Below, piece by piece: positions 8,381 to 18,679 of a stretch of DNA of 64,000 nt. Positions within the stretch are counted from its first letter, which is position 1, and every line of letters starts with the position of its first letter. A program made the position numbers and the translations under genes. Origin of the DNA: an uncultured Desulfobacteraceae bacterium (GTDB lineage: Bacteria > Desulfobacterota > DSM-4660 > Desulfatiglandales > HGW-15); contig CAZGIZ010000002.1 in the NCBI GenBank assembly GCA_964526655.1, positions 3,291 to 67,290 on the forward strand, given 5' to 3'. Under the pieces are notes generated by a model, which saw only the letters and a list, made by a program, of their open reading frames with translations, was not told the DNA's origin and searched no databases.

Positions 8381-9802
8381 TTGGCAAAGGCTGCTCTGGT
8401 TATGTTCCATGGTTTCAATAATCAAAGGATGATAAGACTCGCTTTATTCTTAGGGTTGTTCCCATTGGTTTTCTTTGTATCTCCACGGCTCTCCGTGGCC
8501 TACAACCATCCATTACTTATAAAATTTATCATTGAATATAACCTCAGGGCCATTGAAAAGGGCCTGGTCAATGGCACTTACAGGGGAGAGGAGGGGATCC
8601 TTGGCATCAGGCCTGAAATAGCCGACTCCCTCGGATTGAAGGTCTATATTGACCAGGACTATCTGGATGCCAGCAGATTGTTGAAGGAGGCGGACAGGTA
8701 TCTCACGAAGGCCAAAATGTCCATGGCCTCAAGGGAGAAGGCGCCACATTCGGGTTATCATGAGAAGAAAATCGCTGACTATTTTATCTCCTACAGGACG
8801 AGTTCCGATGAGGCTATAAAGAAACTGATGCTTTATCATTCAAAGCTTGAACCGGGCATCGATGAAAGGCTTGATGAATCCCTTTGCTCTGGCCTGATCG
8901 ACAGTATCCTGGAAGAGGGCCTAAAAAAGGCGGATAATAGACTAAGGGACGGCCTGGGAAACTTTTTCAATAGGTGTCAGGGAGAAGCTGAAAAGGACTT
9001 TTCTTTGACACCCGAAAATGTCCGCTTTGTAAACTATGTGTTTAAAAAGTTCCTTGAAAATGCCCCGGAAAAAGAGATCAAAAAATATGATCTCGACAGA
9101 TACAGCAGTTACAGGGACAAGCAAACAGCCCACAACTGGAAAGAGGCGGCTGGAAATGACATAGCAAGGTTTTCCAGCTCACTGGAGGCGGCATTGAAGG
9201 ATCTGGAGAATGAGAACAATGTTGTGGATCCGCTGCTCTTCATAGCGCTCATGAAAAAGGAGTCCTCCTTTAATCCCCTGTCGGTTTCACACGTCGGGGC
9301 CGCCGGGTTGACACAGATCATGCCGAGGACGGCGAAGGATATGGGAATGAATAACATCCATATGCCCAACTATTTCCTTGAGGCGGAATCTCTCATGAAA
9401 AGTGAGCGCGAGACCAGGGAACAGGCCATGGAAGCACTTTACATGATAGAGGGAAAAGACAGCCTCAAGCACGCAAAACGGGCGCGGGAGCTTACGCAGA
9501 AATCTCTTGAGATGGGGAGGAAGAGGGGAAAATTATTTTACAAATACAGGAAGGATCTCCTGAGGAACCAGACCGATGAAAGGCTTCAGCCGGCCAAGGC
9601 CATCCGGTACGGTCTCAGGTATTTTGCGAGATCGCTGAGGGATCAAGGGGGCGATATCAGCCTTGCCCTGGCCTCCTATAATGCGGGCCCCCATCGAATA
9701 AAGAGGTTTAAAGGCATACCCCCCTACGATGAGACAGTGGCTTTCAGGAACAGGGTACTGGAATTCTACAGGGATTACTTAAAAAAGGCCGGGGGCAGAT
9801 AG
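8381..9802 (+). CDS. lytic murein transglycosylase (SLT domain) protein
   Basis: SLT catalytic motif ESSFNPLSVSHVGAAGLTQIMPRTA and AYNAGP. The ORF opens with TTG at 8381. A more likely start is the Met at 8429, which gives the signal peptide MIRLALFLGLFPLVFF. Confidence 0.8.
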   Translation: MAKAALVMFHGFNNQRMIRLALFLGLFPLVFFVSPRLSVAYNHPLLIKFIIEYNLRAIEKGLVNGTYRGEEGILGIRPEIADSLGLKVYIDQDYLDASRLLKEADRYLTKAKMSMASREKAPHSGYHEKKIADYFISYRTSSDEAIKKLMLYHSKLEPGIDERLDESLCSGLIDSILEEGLKKADNRLRDGLGNFFNRCQGEAEKDFSLTPENVRFVNYVFKKFLENAPEKEIKKYDLDRYSSYRDKQTAHNWKEAAGNDIARFSSSLEAALKDLENENNVVDPLLFIALMKKESSFNPLSVSHVGAAGLTQIMPRTAKDMGMNNIHMPNYFLEAESLMKSERETREQAMEALYMIEGKDSLKHAKRARELTQKSLEMGRKRGKLFYKYRKDLLRNQTDERLQPAKAIRYGLRYFARSLRDQGGDISLALASYNAGPHRIKRFKGIPPYDETVAFRNRVLEFYRDYLKKAGGR

Positions 9803-9812
9803 GGGCGTTTCA

Positions 9813-10094
9813 TCATATCTTAGAAATATGATGTGATTCTTCAACCCAGGTGAGCCATATCTTTTTACGATTCTGAAACTTATAGAGTACCCTGTCCAGG
9901 CCTTTCAATAGCTCCAGATCGAATATCTTCTTCCGGGAATATGCTATCAGCTCCCTTTCAAAACCTTCCCAGTCCGGCATTTTCTGCTGCTGATCAACGT
10001 GATATTTATAGAATTCCACGTGCATATCCTCTATCCTTTTATCAAATTCCACTATTTTGTTTCTTACTTCCAGGTTATTTTTGGAGATCAGCAT
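9813..10094 (-). CDS. hypothetical protein (93 aa)
   Basis: Isolated ORF with normal composition, divergent from purC. No motif recognised. Confidence 0.4.
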   Translation of the reverse strand: MLISKNNLEVRNKIVEFDKRIEDMHVEFYKYHVDQQQKMPDWEGFERELIAYSRKKIFDLELLKGLDRVLYKFQNRKKIWLTWVEESHHISKI

Positions 10095-10263
10095 GATATT
10101 AAAGGCCTTTCAGATTATAAGGGCTCCCTGATGCGTTCTGATAAAGCTTTTTCGATCCATTTCCCCCTATAGGACTGCCTCACTAACGAAAAAATACCCT
10201 CCCAAGGGGACCTATACTATCAATATAGATCATTAAATCCAAGGATTATCTAATTTATGTCGC

Positions 10264-10292
10264 TTGACAATAGTCTTTGGATAGGAAATTAT
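10264..10292 (+). promoter_or_regulatory. sigma70-type promoter candidate for purC
   Basis: TTGACA (10264-10269), 17-nt spacer, AATTAT (10287-10292). It lies downstream of the 10257 ATG, which argues for the 10329 start. Confidence 0.4.
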
Positions 10293-10328
10293 GCCTTTTC
10301 AGAATTACAGGAAAGAGAGGATTCAAAA

Positions 10329-11228
10329 ATGACAGAAAATATTGTGATGAAATCCAACTTCGAAGACCTGAAGCTCCTGAAGCGTGGAAAGGTGAGAGAC
10401 GTTTATGAAGTTGACGGCCAACTGCTTATTGTAGCGAGCGACCGGATGTCGGCCTTTGACGTGGTTATGGATGATCCCATACCGGACAAGGGCAAGATCC
10501 TGACGGCCATTTCCATCTTCTGGTTCCAGAAGGTCCAGCCCATTGTTGAAAATCATATTATATCAACCGATCCCGAGGAGTATCCAGAGAGGTGCAGGAA
10601 ATATAAAAACGTGCTAAAAGGCAGAAGCATGCTGGTCAAAAAGGCCAGGCCTTTGCCCGTGGAGTGCATTGTCCGGGGGTATGTCTCCGGATCAGGATGG
10701 CTTGAATATCAGTCAAAGGGTAGCATATGCGGCATCTCACTGCCCGTGGGATTATTGGAGTCGGAAAAGCTGCCCGAGCCCATATTCACACCTTCAACCA
10801 AGGCGGAGAGAGGACTACATGACGAAAACATCTCCTTTGAATCAGTCATCGAACTCCTGGGAAAAGATTCGGCGGAAGCGATTCGGGATCTGAGCCTCAA
10901 GATCTATGAGACCGGGCGCAGGATGGCCCTGGAAAGGGGAATCATAATAGCGGACACCAAATTTGAGTTTGGCTTTGAAGGGGATTCAATCATACTTATC
11001 GATGAAGTTCTGACACCGGACTCCTCAAGGTTCTGGCCAGTGGACAGCTATAAACCCGGCGGACCGCAACAAAGCTTTGACAAACAATTTTTAAGAGACT
11101 ACCTGAATGGCCTTGACTGGCCCAAGACACCTCCCCCCCCTAAGCTCCCGCCCGAGATCATAGAAAAGACCAGAGACAGGTATATAGAGGCCTTAAAAAG
11201 GCTCACAGGCCTTGAGACATGGAACTGA
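10329..11228 (+). CDS. purC: phosphoribosylaminoimidazole-succinocarboxamide (SAICAR) synthase
   Basis: [21 protein letters not shown] and ADTKFEFG motifs. The start is chosen at the Met preceded by AGAGAGG. Confidence 0.9.
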   Translation: MTENIVMKSNFEDLKLLKRGKVRDVYEVDGQLLIVASDRMSAFDVVMDDPIPDKGKILTAISIFWFQKVQPIVENHIISTDPEEYPERCRKYKNVLKGRSMLVKKARPLPVECIVRGYVSGSGWLEYQSKGSICGISLPVGLLESEKLPEPIFTPSTKAERGLHDENISFESVIELLGKDSAEAIRDLSLKIYETGRRMALERGIIIADTKFEFGFEGDSIILIDEVLTPDSSRFWPVDSYKPGGPQQSFDKQFLRDYLNGLDWPKTPPPPKLPPEIIEKTRDRYIEALKRLTGLETWN

Positions 11229-11455
11229 TAATCTGTTTTATCGATGACTCGGATTTCGAGCATGATCTCATGAAAAAAGAGATCGCCCCCCAGGCGCCCG
11301 GTCTGACCTTTGTGCAGGCCTATACATTTGAAGAGGCCCAAGATAGACCTGGGAAAAAGATCCCCATACTCTTCCTCCTTGACCTCTGGGGTCAGGAACT
11401 GGAAGCGGATGTGGAAAATCTCATAAGTAGCTGGAAAGAATTTACAATTAAATAA
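11219..11455 (+). CDS. hypothetical 78-aa protein resembling the N-terminal part of a receiver (REC) domain; possibly a gene remnant
   Basis: [15 protein letters not shown] ... ILFLLDLW resembles beta1-alpha1 ... beta3-Asp of CheY-like receivers but ends after ~78 aa. Its ATG overlaps the purC stop (ATGGAACTGA). Confidence 0.3.
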   Translation: MELIICFIDDSDFEHDLMKKEIAPQAPGLTFVQAYTFEEAQDRPGKKIPILFLLDLWGQELEADVENLISSWKEFTIK

Positions 11456-11476
11456 AAGGACCTTGCCCTCTATGCC

Positions 11477-11505
11477 TTGACAAAGTCCTTGTTGATGCTT
11501 AATCT
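11477..11505 (+). promoter_or_regulatory. sigma70-type promoter candidate for grpE-dnaK
   Basis: TTGACA (11477-11482), 17 nt, TAATCT (11500-11505). Confidence 0.35.
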
Positions 11506-11565
11506 ATTTTTTGTTTTCCGAATACCGAAATTCAGTTCAAATAAGGAGCGAATCAATCCAGGACG

Positions 11566-12213
11566 ATGAATGAAAAAAGAGGAGAAGAAGCGGTCAAAAT
11601 AGAAATATCTCAACCGGAATCCAAGGCACGGGATCAGGATAAGAACCCTGAAGACAGGCCGGTAAACGACAAAAAGTCCCTTGAAGATATGACAAAGGCT
11701 GAGTTGCTGACAAAGGCAAAGGAGCTCCGGGAAGAGGCGGAAAAAAATTACGATCTGTACCTGCGTTCTCAGGCAGAGATCGATAATATGATAAAGAGAA
11801 ACAAGAGAGAGAAAGAGGAATGGATCAAATTTTCCAATGAGACCCTTATAAAGGAGATACTGCCCGTAGTGGATAACCTGGAAAAGGCGATATCCCATTC
11901 CAACAATGAAAATTCACTTGACGCACTGAGAGAAGGGGTTGAACTGACCCTGAAAGGGTTGAAAGCTTCTTTGGCGAAATCAGGAGTGGAAGAAGTAAAG
12001 AGTGTGGGTGAGGTCTTTGACCCCTGCTTTCATCACGCAGTCTCCCAACGGGATGATGATAAAGTTGAAGCAGGTATCATACTTGATGAGCTTCAGAAGG
12101 GCTACACCCTCAACGAGAGGCTCATTCGACCCGCTATGGTTGTCTTGAGCAAGGGAAAATCCGGAAATCATAGAAACGATGGAAACACCCCCGATAAAGT
12201 GTGTGAAAAATAA
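11566..12213 (+). CDS. grpE: nucleotide exchange factor GrpE
   Basis: Charged N-terminus, then the conserved LR..AE..N..KR and LLPV.DNLE.A pattern and FDP..H.A. It lies immediately upstream of dnaK. Confidence 0.9.
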   Translation: MNEKRGEEAVKIEISQPESKARDQDKNPEDRPVNDKKSLEDMTKAELLTKAKELREEAEKNYDLYLRSQAEIDNMIKRNKREKEEWIKFSNETLIKEILPVVDNLEKAISHSNNENSLDALREGVELTLKGLKASLAKSGVEEVKSVGEVFDPCFHHAVSQRDDDKVEAGIILDELQKGYTLNERLIRPAMVVLSKGKSGNHRNDGNTPDKVCEK

Positions 12214-12242
12214 AATGATGGAGAGAGGATAAGGAGGAAAAA

Positions 12243-14156
12243 ATGGGAAAGATTATAGGAATAGATCTTGGGACGACAAATTCGTGTGTGTCCGTCATGG
12301 AAGGGGGAGATCCCGTGGTTATAGCCAATCAGGAGGGGAGCAGGACCACTCCCTCAATGGTTGCCTTCAATGATAAGGGAGAGAGGCTGGTAGGACAGAT
12401 CGCCAAGAGGCAGGCTGTTACTAACCCGGATAACACCATCTTCGCAGTGAAAAGACTTATAGGACGCAAGTATGATTCGGGAGAGGTACAGCGGGACATC
12501 AAGGTCCTCCCCTACAAGATCACCAAGGCATCGAACGGGGACGCGCATGTGTCTGCGAGGGGAAAGGATTATAGCCCCGCGGAGATATCCTCCATGATTC
12601 TCCAGAAGATGAAACAGACTGCCGAGGATTACCTTGGGGAGCCCGTAACCGAGGCCGTTATCACGGTGCCCGCCTACTTTAATGACAGTCAGAGGCAGGC
12701 CACCAAGGACGCGGGCAGAATCGCGGGCCTGAAGGTGGAGAGGATCATCAATGAGCCTACTGCGGCCTCTCTGGCCTACGGTCTTGACAAGAAGGGAGAC
12801 AAAAAAATTGCCGTCTTTGACCTTGGCGGCGGGACCTTTGATATCTCCATTCTGGAGATCGGGGAAGGAGTCTTTGAGGTCAAGGCCACGAACGGCGATA
12901 CCCACCTGGGTGGAGAGGATTTTGACCTGCGCATCCTGGACTACCTGGCTGACGAATTCAAGAAAGACCAGGGCATAGACCTGCGGAACGATAAGATGGC
13001 TCTCCAGAGACTAAAGGAGGCGGCTGAAAAGGCAAAGATGGAGCTCTCAAGCTCGTCCGAGACGGATATCAACCTGCCCTTTATCACCGCCGATGCCAGC
13101 GGCCCAAAACACCTCAACATCAAACTTTCCAGGTCAAAGCTGGAAAGCCTGGTCGACGATTTGATACAAAAGGTGGTCGCACCCTGCAACCAGGCCATCA
13201 AGGATTCCGGCCTGAGAACCGGCGATATCAACGAGGTAATCCTGGTCGGTGGAATGACGAGGATGCCCAAGGTCCAGGAAAAGGTAAAGGATGTCTTCGG
13301 CAAGGAACCCAGCAAGGGAGTCAACCCGGATGAGGTCGTGGCCGTTGGCGCCGCCATCCAGGGGGGTGTCCTGAGAGGGGATGTGAAGGATGTCCTCCTT
13401 CTTGACGTCACTCCACTTTCCCTGGGGATAGAGACACTGGGCGGTGTATTCACAAAACTTATTGAAAAGAATACGACAATACCCACAAAAAAGAGCCAGA
13501 TCTTTTCCACGGCTGCCGATAACCAGCCTGCCGTGGAGATCCATGTCCTCCAAGGGGAGCGCGAAATGGCCGCCAATAATAAGACCCTTGGCAGGTTCCA
13601 GCTTGTAGGCATTCCTCCTGCCCCGAGGGGCATCCCTCAGATCGAGGTCACTTTTGATATCGATGCAAACGGGATCGTGAGCGTATCGGCCAAGGATATG
13701 GGTACGGGAAAAGAGCAGTCCATCAAGATAACCGCGTCAAGCGGCCTTTCCGAGGAAGAGATCAGAAATCTTGTCAAGGACGCCGAGGCCCATGCGGATG
13801 ATGACAAGAAAAAGAGAGAGCTGGTAGATGCCCGCAATATGGCTGACTCCATGATCTACTCTACTGAAAAATCCCTCAAGGAAGAGGGCGATAACCTCGA
13901 TGAGACCACAAAGTCGGATATTAAGAGGGCCATAGAGAGCCTCAAAAAGGCAATGGAAGGCGAAAATACCGACGAGATAAAGCGCCTTACCGAGGAATTG
14001 ACCCAGGCCTCACACAAGCTCGCGGAGGCCATGTACGCAAAGGCGGCCGCAGAGCAGCAGGCCCATACGGGCGGGGCAGGCGCCTCTGGGTCATCCGCAG
14101 GCCAATCCAAGGACGATGATGTGGTTGACGCGGATTTCGAGGAAGTTCAGAAGTGA
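12243..14156 (+). CDS. dnaK: molecular chaperone DnaK (Hsp70)
   Basis: [19 protein letters not shown] and [11 protein letters not shown]. 637 aa. Confidence 0.97.
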   Translation: MGKIIGIDLGTTNSCVSVMEGGDPVVIANQEGSRTTPSMVAFNDKGERLVGQIAKRQAVTNPDNTIFAVKRLIGRKYDSGEVQRDIKVLPYKITKASNGDAHVSARGKDYSPAEISSMILQKMKQTAEDYLGEPVTEAVITVPAYFNDSQRQATKDAGRIAGLKVERIINEPTAASLAYGLDKKGDKKIAVFDLGGGTFDISILEIGEGVFEVKATNGDTHLGGEDFDLRILDYLADEFKKDQGIDLRNDKMALQRLKEAAEKAKMELSSSSETDINLPFITADASGPKHLNIKLSRSKLESLVDDLIQKVVAPCNQAIKDSGLRTGDINEVILVGGMTRMPKVQEKVKDVFGKEPSKGVNPDEVVAVGAAIQGGVLRGDVKDVLLLDVTPLSLGIETLGGVFTKLIEKNTTIPTKKSQIFSTAADNQPAVEIHVLQGEREMAANNKTLGRFQLVGIPPAPRGIPQIEVTFDIDANGIVSVSAKDMGTGKEQSIKITASSGLSEEEIRNLVKDAEAHADDDKKKRELVDARNMADSMIYSTEKSLKEEGDNLDETTKSDIKRAIESLKKAMEGENTDEIKRLTEELTQASHKLAEAMYAKAAAEQQAHTGGAGASGSSAGQSKDDDVVDADFEEVQK

Positions 14157-16183
14157 GATATGATAGAAGCTTAATCAGAAAGGCTGTCTCCACCCTTGTG
14201 GTGGGGATGGCCTTTTTTTTATCTTCCTGCCAGGTAAAGACCGTATATGAAAGGCCTCCTGTTGAGAAACCTGTCCCTGACCTCTATCAAATGGCTGAAC
14301 TGGATTTTAAGGAAGGGCGATTTGAAGATGCCTTCAACAAATACAGGCTCTATCTGGAAAAGAGCCCGGCAGGCGAAAAATCCAGGACCGCCCTATACCG
14401 GATGGCCAGGATCCGTCTTGATAATCATCAAAATGAAGAGGCCTTAAGCCTCTTGGAAAGGATTGTCTCCGAGTACCCGGACCACCCTGAGACGCCCATT
14501 ATAAGACATGATATAGCCGATCTGTATTATGTTTTAGGAGATTACCAGAAGTCCAGGGATGTGTCCCTGGAATGGCTTAAAAAATACCCCAGCCACCCAC
14601 TGAAGGCCCAGGTACTTTTTATCTTGGGCAACAGTTATAAATCCCTCGGGAACAGGGTGGAGGCCTTTAGGTGGTGGCTTAATACGGCGACAGCCCTCTC
14701 CGCGGGATATAATCTTCCTGAAAGCCGGGCGGACCTGGATGACCTCATTATTGATCTCATAAATCAGAGTGAGGCCGATGAACTGATGGAGATGGCCGAA
14801 TACGGCGCGGGAAGCCTCTATATTCCCCCCATCTATCAAAGGATGGCTTCCCTATACTTTGATCAAGGCAGACTTGAAGAGGCCCGGAAATTCGCGATGC
14901 TGCTTGTCCGCTCTTCCCGGGATCCCTTCCTGATCTCATGGGGGCGCGAGTTTATCGACAGGATTTCAAAAAGAAAGGAAGAAGAGGTCGAGGTCAGAAA
15001 AGGGGCCATTGGCTGCCTGCTGCCCCTCAGCGGTCCCTTCGGGCTCTATGGTGAGGAGTTGCTGAACGGTATCCAGCTGGGCATGGGCCTCTTTAATCAA
15101 TCCGCGGGTGACCAGGGGCTTGAACTGATCATCAGGGATACCAGGGGCAGCGTGGAGGACACCATAGCCGGAATTGATGACCTGGTCCTAAAAGAGAAAG
15201 TCATGGCCATTGTCGGCCCCCTTGCCAGCGGGCCTGCCACTGCCGCTGTAAAAAGGGCTCAGGAGCTGGGAGTCCCGATCATTACCTTTACCCAGAAGGA
15301 CGGCATTGCCAAGGAAGGGGACATGGTCTTTAGGAATTTCCTTACCCCTGCAAAGGAAATAAATACGATCCTGGACAAATCGATGGATGAGATGGGAATG
15401 AGGAGATTCGGGATTTTTTATCCGGACAATCCTTACGGCCGCTTCTTCATGAACCTTTTCTGGGACAAGGTTGAAGAGAAGGACGGGACAATAACGGCGG
15501 TTGAATCCTATAAGGTGGGTGAGACGGATTTCGCCGTAGGGATCAAGAAGATGGTGGGTTTATACTACCCCAGGCCTGATTCCATCCGGCAGATGCTCGA
15601 GGAGATGGAAAATCCGGCTCCAGATGAGGCCGTGGCAGATGACCCGGAGCGGGAAGAAGAGGCGGGAGACGGAACCGGGCAGGAAAAAGATGATGAGCCT
15701 CCCCCCATCGTGGATTTTGACGCCGTCTTTGTCCCGGATAATTATCAACAGGTCGCCCTGATAGCGCCCCAGTTCCCCTTTTATAATGTGTTTAACGTGC
15801 CTTTCCTGGGAACCAGCCTGTGGCTGTCAAAGGATCTCCTTGAAACGACAGGGGACTATCTGCAGGGAGCCATTTTCCCGGCCGGTTTCTACCCGGACAA
15901 GGACTCTGAAACGGTCAGGGCCTTTGTCGAGGCCTATAGGGCGAATTTTCAGTCAGATCCCGGTGTCCTGGCGGCAAACGGATACGACACCATAGGGCTG
16001 ATCAAAGAGATTATGGGAATGGAAAGGGTCAAGACCAGGAGAGACTTCCGGGAAGAACTGGCACAGGATGCCTTTAATGGTGTCACGGGAAAGATATCAT
16101 TTGATCCACAGGGCGAGGTAGAAAAGGAACCTGTACTGCTCACCGTCTATGGAAAAAGTCTTCACCTCCTGAAACAGCCCTAA
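14153..16183 (+). CDS. lipoprotein with N-terminal TPR repeats and C-terminal type-1 periplasmic binding (Leu/Ile/Val-binding, LpoA/LppC-like) domain
   Basis: GTG start overlapping the dnaK stop (GTGA). Lipobox FFLSSC. TPR-like repeats. The PBP1-like region ([11 protein letters not shown].., AIVGPLAS) is interrupted by an acidic insert. Confidence 0.7.
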   Translation: MRYDRSLIRKAVSTLVVGMAFFLSSCQVKTVYERPPVEKPVPDLYQMAELDFKEGRFEDAFNKYRLYLEKSPAGEKSRTALYRMARIRLDNHQNEEALSLLERIVSEYPDHPETPIIRHDIADLYYVLGDYQKSRDVSLEWLKKYPSHPLKAQVLFILGNSYKSLGNRVEAFRWWLNTATALSAGYNLPESRADLDDLIIDLINQSEADELMEMAEYGAGSLYIPPIYQRMASLYFDQGRLEEARKFAMLLVRSSRDPFLISWGREFIDRISKRKEEEVEVRKGAIGCLLPLSGPFGLYGEELLNGIQLGMGLFNQSAGDQGLELIIRDTRGSVEDTIAGIDDLVLKEKVMAIVGPLASGPATAAVKRAQELGVPIITFTQKDGIAKEGDMVFRNFLTPAKEINTILDKSMDEMGMRRFGIFYPDNPYGRFFMNLFWDKVEEKDGTITAVESYKVGETDFAVGIKKMVGLYYPRPDSIRQMLEEMENPAPDEAVADDPEREEEAGDGTGQEKDDEPPPIVDFDAVFVPDNYQQVALIAPQFPFYNVFNVPFLGTSLWLSKDLLETTGDYLQGAIFPAGFYPDKDSETVRAFVEAYRANFQSDPGVLAANGYDTIGLIKEIMGMERVKTRRDFREELAQDAFNGVTGKISFDPQGEVEKEPVLLTVYGKSLHLLKQP

Positions 16184-16206
16184 AAAATCCGTCCCCACAG
16201 GCCGCG

Positions 16207-16950
16207 TCAGGCCTGCTCCTTCTTCTCCTCCTTTTTCTTGCCAGCCATTACTGAGACGATAATTCCTATCTCATAGAGGGCTATCAAAGGGATTGCCATC
16301 ATGCACTGGGTGATCACGTCCGGCGGGGTCAGGATTGCCCCCAAAACAAAGGTCAGGAGAAGGGCATACTTTCGGTTCTTTCTGAGAAATTGAGGTGTCA
16401 CTATCCCTATCCTCGAAAGGAAATAGATTATTACCGGGAGTTCAAAGACAATTCCAAAGGCGAAGAGGAGTTTGATGGAAAAGGAAAAGTACTGTTTAAC
16501 AGAAGGGAGTGCCTGGACATAATCATTGGCATACCCAAGGAAAAACTTAAAGCCGAAGGGGAAGACGACCAGGTAGCCAAAGAGCGCTCCACCTATGAAA
16601 AGAATCGTGGAAAATATGACAAAGGGGATGACGTATCGTTTCTCGTTTTGATAAAGGCCAGGGGCAATAAACATCCATAACTGATAAAAGACCATGGGCG
16701 ATGCCAACAGTATGCCGGCAATAAAGGCCGTCTTGAGATAGGTGAGAAACATCTCGGGCAGACTGGTGAAGATAAGCCTGTCGCCTTCCGGAAGGCTTTC
16801 CTTCAAGGGAGATATGAGGACTCTGAAAAGATCCTCTGAAAAAAAATATGCGATGACAAAACCGATTCCTACGGCAAGTGCGCAATATATAAGCCTTTTT
16901 CTTAGTTCCTCCAGATGGCTCAGGAAGGGCTGCTTTTCATCCTCGGTCAT
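16207..16950 (-). CDS. tatC: twin-arginine translocase subunit TatC
   Basis: [13 protein letters not shown]-terminus, six-TM pattern and PPD motif (LTPPDVITQ). The start is placed at the internal Met (MTEDEK). The ORF itself extends to 17013. Confidence 0.85.
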   Translation of the reverse strand: MTEDEKQPFLSHLEELRKRLIYCALAVGIGFVIAYFFSEDLFRVLISPLKESLPEGDRLIFTSLPEMFLTYLKTAFIAGILLASPMVFYQLWMFIAPGLYQNEKRYVIPFVIFSTILFIGGALFGYLVVFPFGFKFFLGYANDYVQALPSVKQYFSFSIKLLFAFGIVFELPVIIYFLSRIGIVTPQFLRKNRKYALLLTFVLGAILTPPDVITQCMMAIPLIALYEIGIIVSVMAGKKKEEKKEQA

Positions 16951-17287
16951 CCTGGGTCTTCTCCTCATGCGTTTCATCCGACCGGGACTCGCCCTTCTCT
17001 TTCTGTGATTCATCGATTTCCAGGGCTTCTTTCTCTATATCCGGCCCTTCCATGCCCGGGGGTCTTTCCGGCTCGCTTACTGAATCCACGAGGTCGTCCT
17101 TGATGTCTTGCATGTCCTGGATTCCTCCATCCAGATCCAGGCTGTCCTTGATCTCCTGGGTGGCCTTCCTGAACTCCGCCATCCCTTTCCCAAGGGCCCG
17201 CGCAAGGTCCGGCAATTTGCTCGGGCCTATTACGATCAGGGCAATGACCATAATGACGATCAGTTCCGGAAATCCAATTCCAAACAT
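16937..17287 (-). CDS. twin-arginine translocase TatA/TatB family protein
   Basis: [26 protein letters not shown] hinge motif followed by an amphipathic helix and an acidic tail. It lies directly upstream of tatC. Confidence 0.85.
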   Translation of the reverse strand: MFGIGFPELIVIMVIALIVIGPSKLPDLARALGKGMAEFRKATQEIKDSLDLDGGIQDMQDIKDDLVDSVSEPERPPGMEGPDIEKEALEIDESQKEKGESRSDETHEEKTQDDRG

Positions 17288-17483
17288 GAGTTACTCCTAT
17301 TTTTAAACTTTGTTCTTCTCCCCACAAGTTGGGAGAAAGGGTTCAAGGGATCAAGAGTCTGTTTTTAATTCCGTCTTTTATTTTTTAATATTTCACTCGA
17401 ATCCTGGACCCCTTTATTATCGACCAACCCATCCTCCCCAACAGGCTGCCCGGAGGGTGGCAGTAAACCTGGGATCATCAAGT

Positions 17484-17942
17484 TTACAACTCCCTTATCA
17501 TCGCGGTCTCATCGCAGTCTGGAAACTTGGGACACTTGAGGCAGTCCGCCCAGATCTTGTGAGGCAATGTGGATTTCTCCACCTCCCTGAAACCCATCTT
17601 GGCAAAGAAATCAGGGACGTATGTGAGTGTAAATACCTTGGTCAATCCGAGTGATATTGCGTCCTCAAGGCATTTCTCGACGAGTTGGGTCCCGAGGTCT
17701 CTTCCCTGAAACTCCTCCTTAACGGCCAGGGACCTAATTTCGGCCAGGTCTTCCCAGCAGATTCCCAGGGCACAGACCGCGATTATGGAATCCGGATCTT
17801 CCGTGTCCTCCATAACAAAATAGTCCCTTAAATGGTCGTAAATTTCACTCAGGGACCTGGGCAATAAAAGCCCCTGGTCGGCGAAACGCCTTAACAGTTT
17901 ATGGATCTCACCGACCTCTCCAATAACGGCCTTTCTGATCAT
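17484..17942 (-). CDS. GNAT family N-acetyltransferase (ArgA C-terminal-like)
   Basis: Acetyl-CoA binding pattern RSLAVKEEFQGRDLGTQLV, plus a C-terminal Cys cluster CLKCPKFPDC. The start is placed at MIRKAV. Confidence 0.7.
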   Translation of the reverse strand: MIRKAVIGEVGEIHKLLRRFADQGLLLPRSLSEIYDHLRDYFVMEDTEDPDSIIAVCALGICWEDLAEIRSLAVKEEFQGRDLGTQLVEKCLEDAISLGLTKVFTLTYVPDFFAKMGFREVEKSTLPHKIWADCLKCPKFPDCDETAMIREL

Positions 17943-17946
17943 GATC

Positions 17947-18651
17947 TCATTCAATCCTGGAAACGAAGCCTTTGAAACCGGCCTCTTCAAGTTTTTTTAA
18001 GTAGTTATCAGCCTCTTCCCTGCCTTGGAATTTGCCGCAGCGGATTCGATAATAGTCCCTCCCATTTACCTTTGCCTCATTATAGTAGGCATCATACCCT
18101 TTTTCAATCAGTTCCTTGATCATCCTTTCAGCGCTGTCCATGTCTCCGAGAGACGCTACCTGAACGGCATACAGGTCTTCAGTTTTTAACGAGTCTTTCG
18201 CAATCTCACTATTTTGGGTCTCAAGAGTATCCGCCTCCAATTCATCATCTGTTTTTTTTGGGGCTGTCCCGAAATCGGCCGGAGGAGCCTTCTTTTTTGT
18301 CATATCTGCCTGTTTTTCCGCTTTGAGGGCCTTTTTTACTTCATCCTTTTTGCTGGCAAGTCTATCATAAAAGACCAGTTTAGGCATTTCATCCGGCTCT
18401 TTGGGCCTTTTTGTATCATCGATCTCTTTGCGGACAACCATATCCTGCAATCTCTTTATCTGACCCTTCAGCTCTGTGATGGTCATGACATTGCCCGGCA
18501 AGAATCCACGGCCCACAAGTATCCCCAGGACAAAGATCCAGGTCAAAAGAAAGAAAAAAAAGACGCCCCACAGGAGGGATGAAAATGGTGTCAGCTCTAT
18601 CTGGAACTTCTTTGTTGGCTTTTTCTTTTTTTTCTCCCTGGATTTAACCAT
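17947..18651 (-). CDS. SPOR domain membrane protein
   Basis: Basic N-terminus, one TM segment, charged linker, and a C-terminal SPOR-like fold (YAVQVASLGDMDSAE...YYRIRCGKFQGREEAD). Confidence 0.7.
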   Translation of the reverse strand: MVKSREKKKKKPTKKFQIELTPFSSLLWGVFFFFLLTWIFVLGILVGRGFLPGNVMTITELKGQIKRLQDMVVRKEIDDTKRPKEPDEMPKLVFYDRLASKKDEVKKALKAEKQADMTKKKAPPADFGTAPKKTDDELEADTLETQNSEIAKDSLKTEDLYAVQVASLGDMDSAERMIKELIEKGYDAYYNEAKVNGRDYYRIRCGKFQGREEADNYLKKLEEAGFKGFVSRIE

Positions 18652-18679
18652 CTCTTTAGAGACCTTTTTTTCGTCTGAT

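Noticed and set aside
10257-10328. Upstream ATG (10257) as the purC start
   Set aside because: It precedes the predicted -35/-10 (10264-10292), adds 24 non-conserved residues, and lacks an RBS. The Met at 10329 has AGAGAGG upstream and begins the conserved SAICAR synthase N-terminus.
11456-11565. CIRCE operator or sigma32-type heat-shock promoter upstream of grpE
   Set aside because: There is no TTAGCACTC-N9-GAGTGCTAA-like inverted repeat. CTTGACAA is present, but no CCCCAT-type -10 follows at the right spacing. Only a sigma70-like TTGACA-17-TAATCT is seen.
12354-13633. Long antisense ORFs (183 aa and 230 aa) on the minus strand inside dnaK
   Set aside because: The sense strand encodes an unmistakable full-length Hsp70. 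The antisense products are S/P/R/W-rich and low in complexity. Long stop-free antisense frames opposite hsp70 genes are a known codon-bias artefact.
16184-16206. Hairpin CAGGCC-GCGTCA-GGCCTG as a bidirectional terminator between the lipoprotein gene and tatC
   Set aside because: It has a 6-bp stem only, partly inside the tatC coding end, with no flanking U/A tracts. That is too weak to call.
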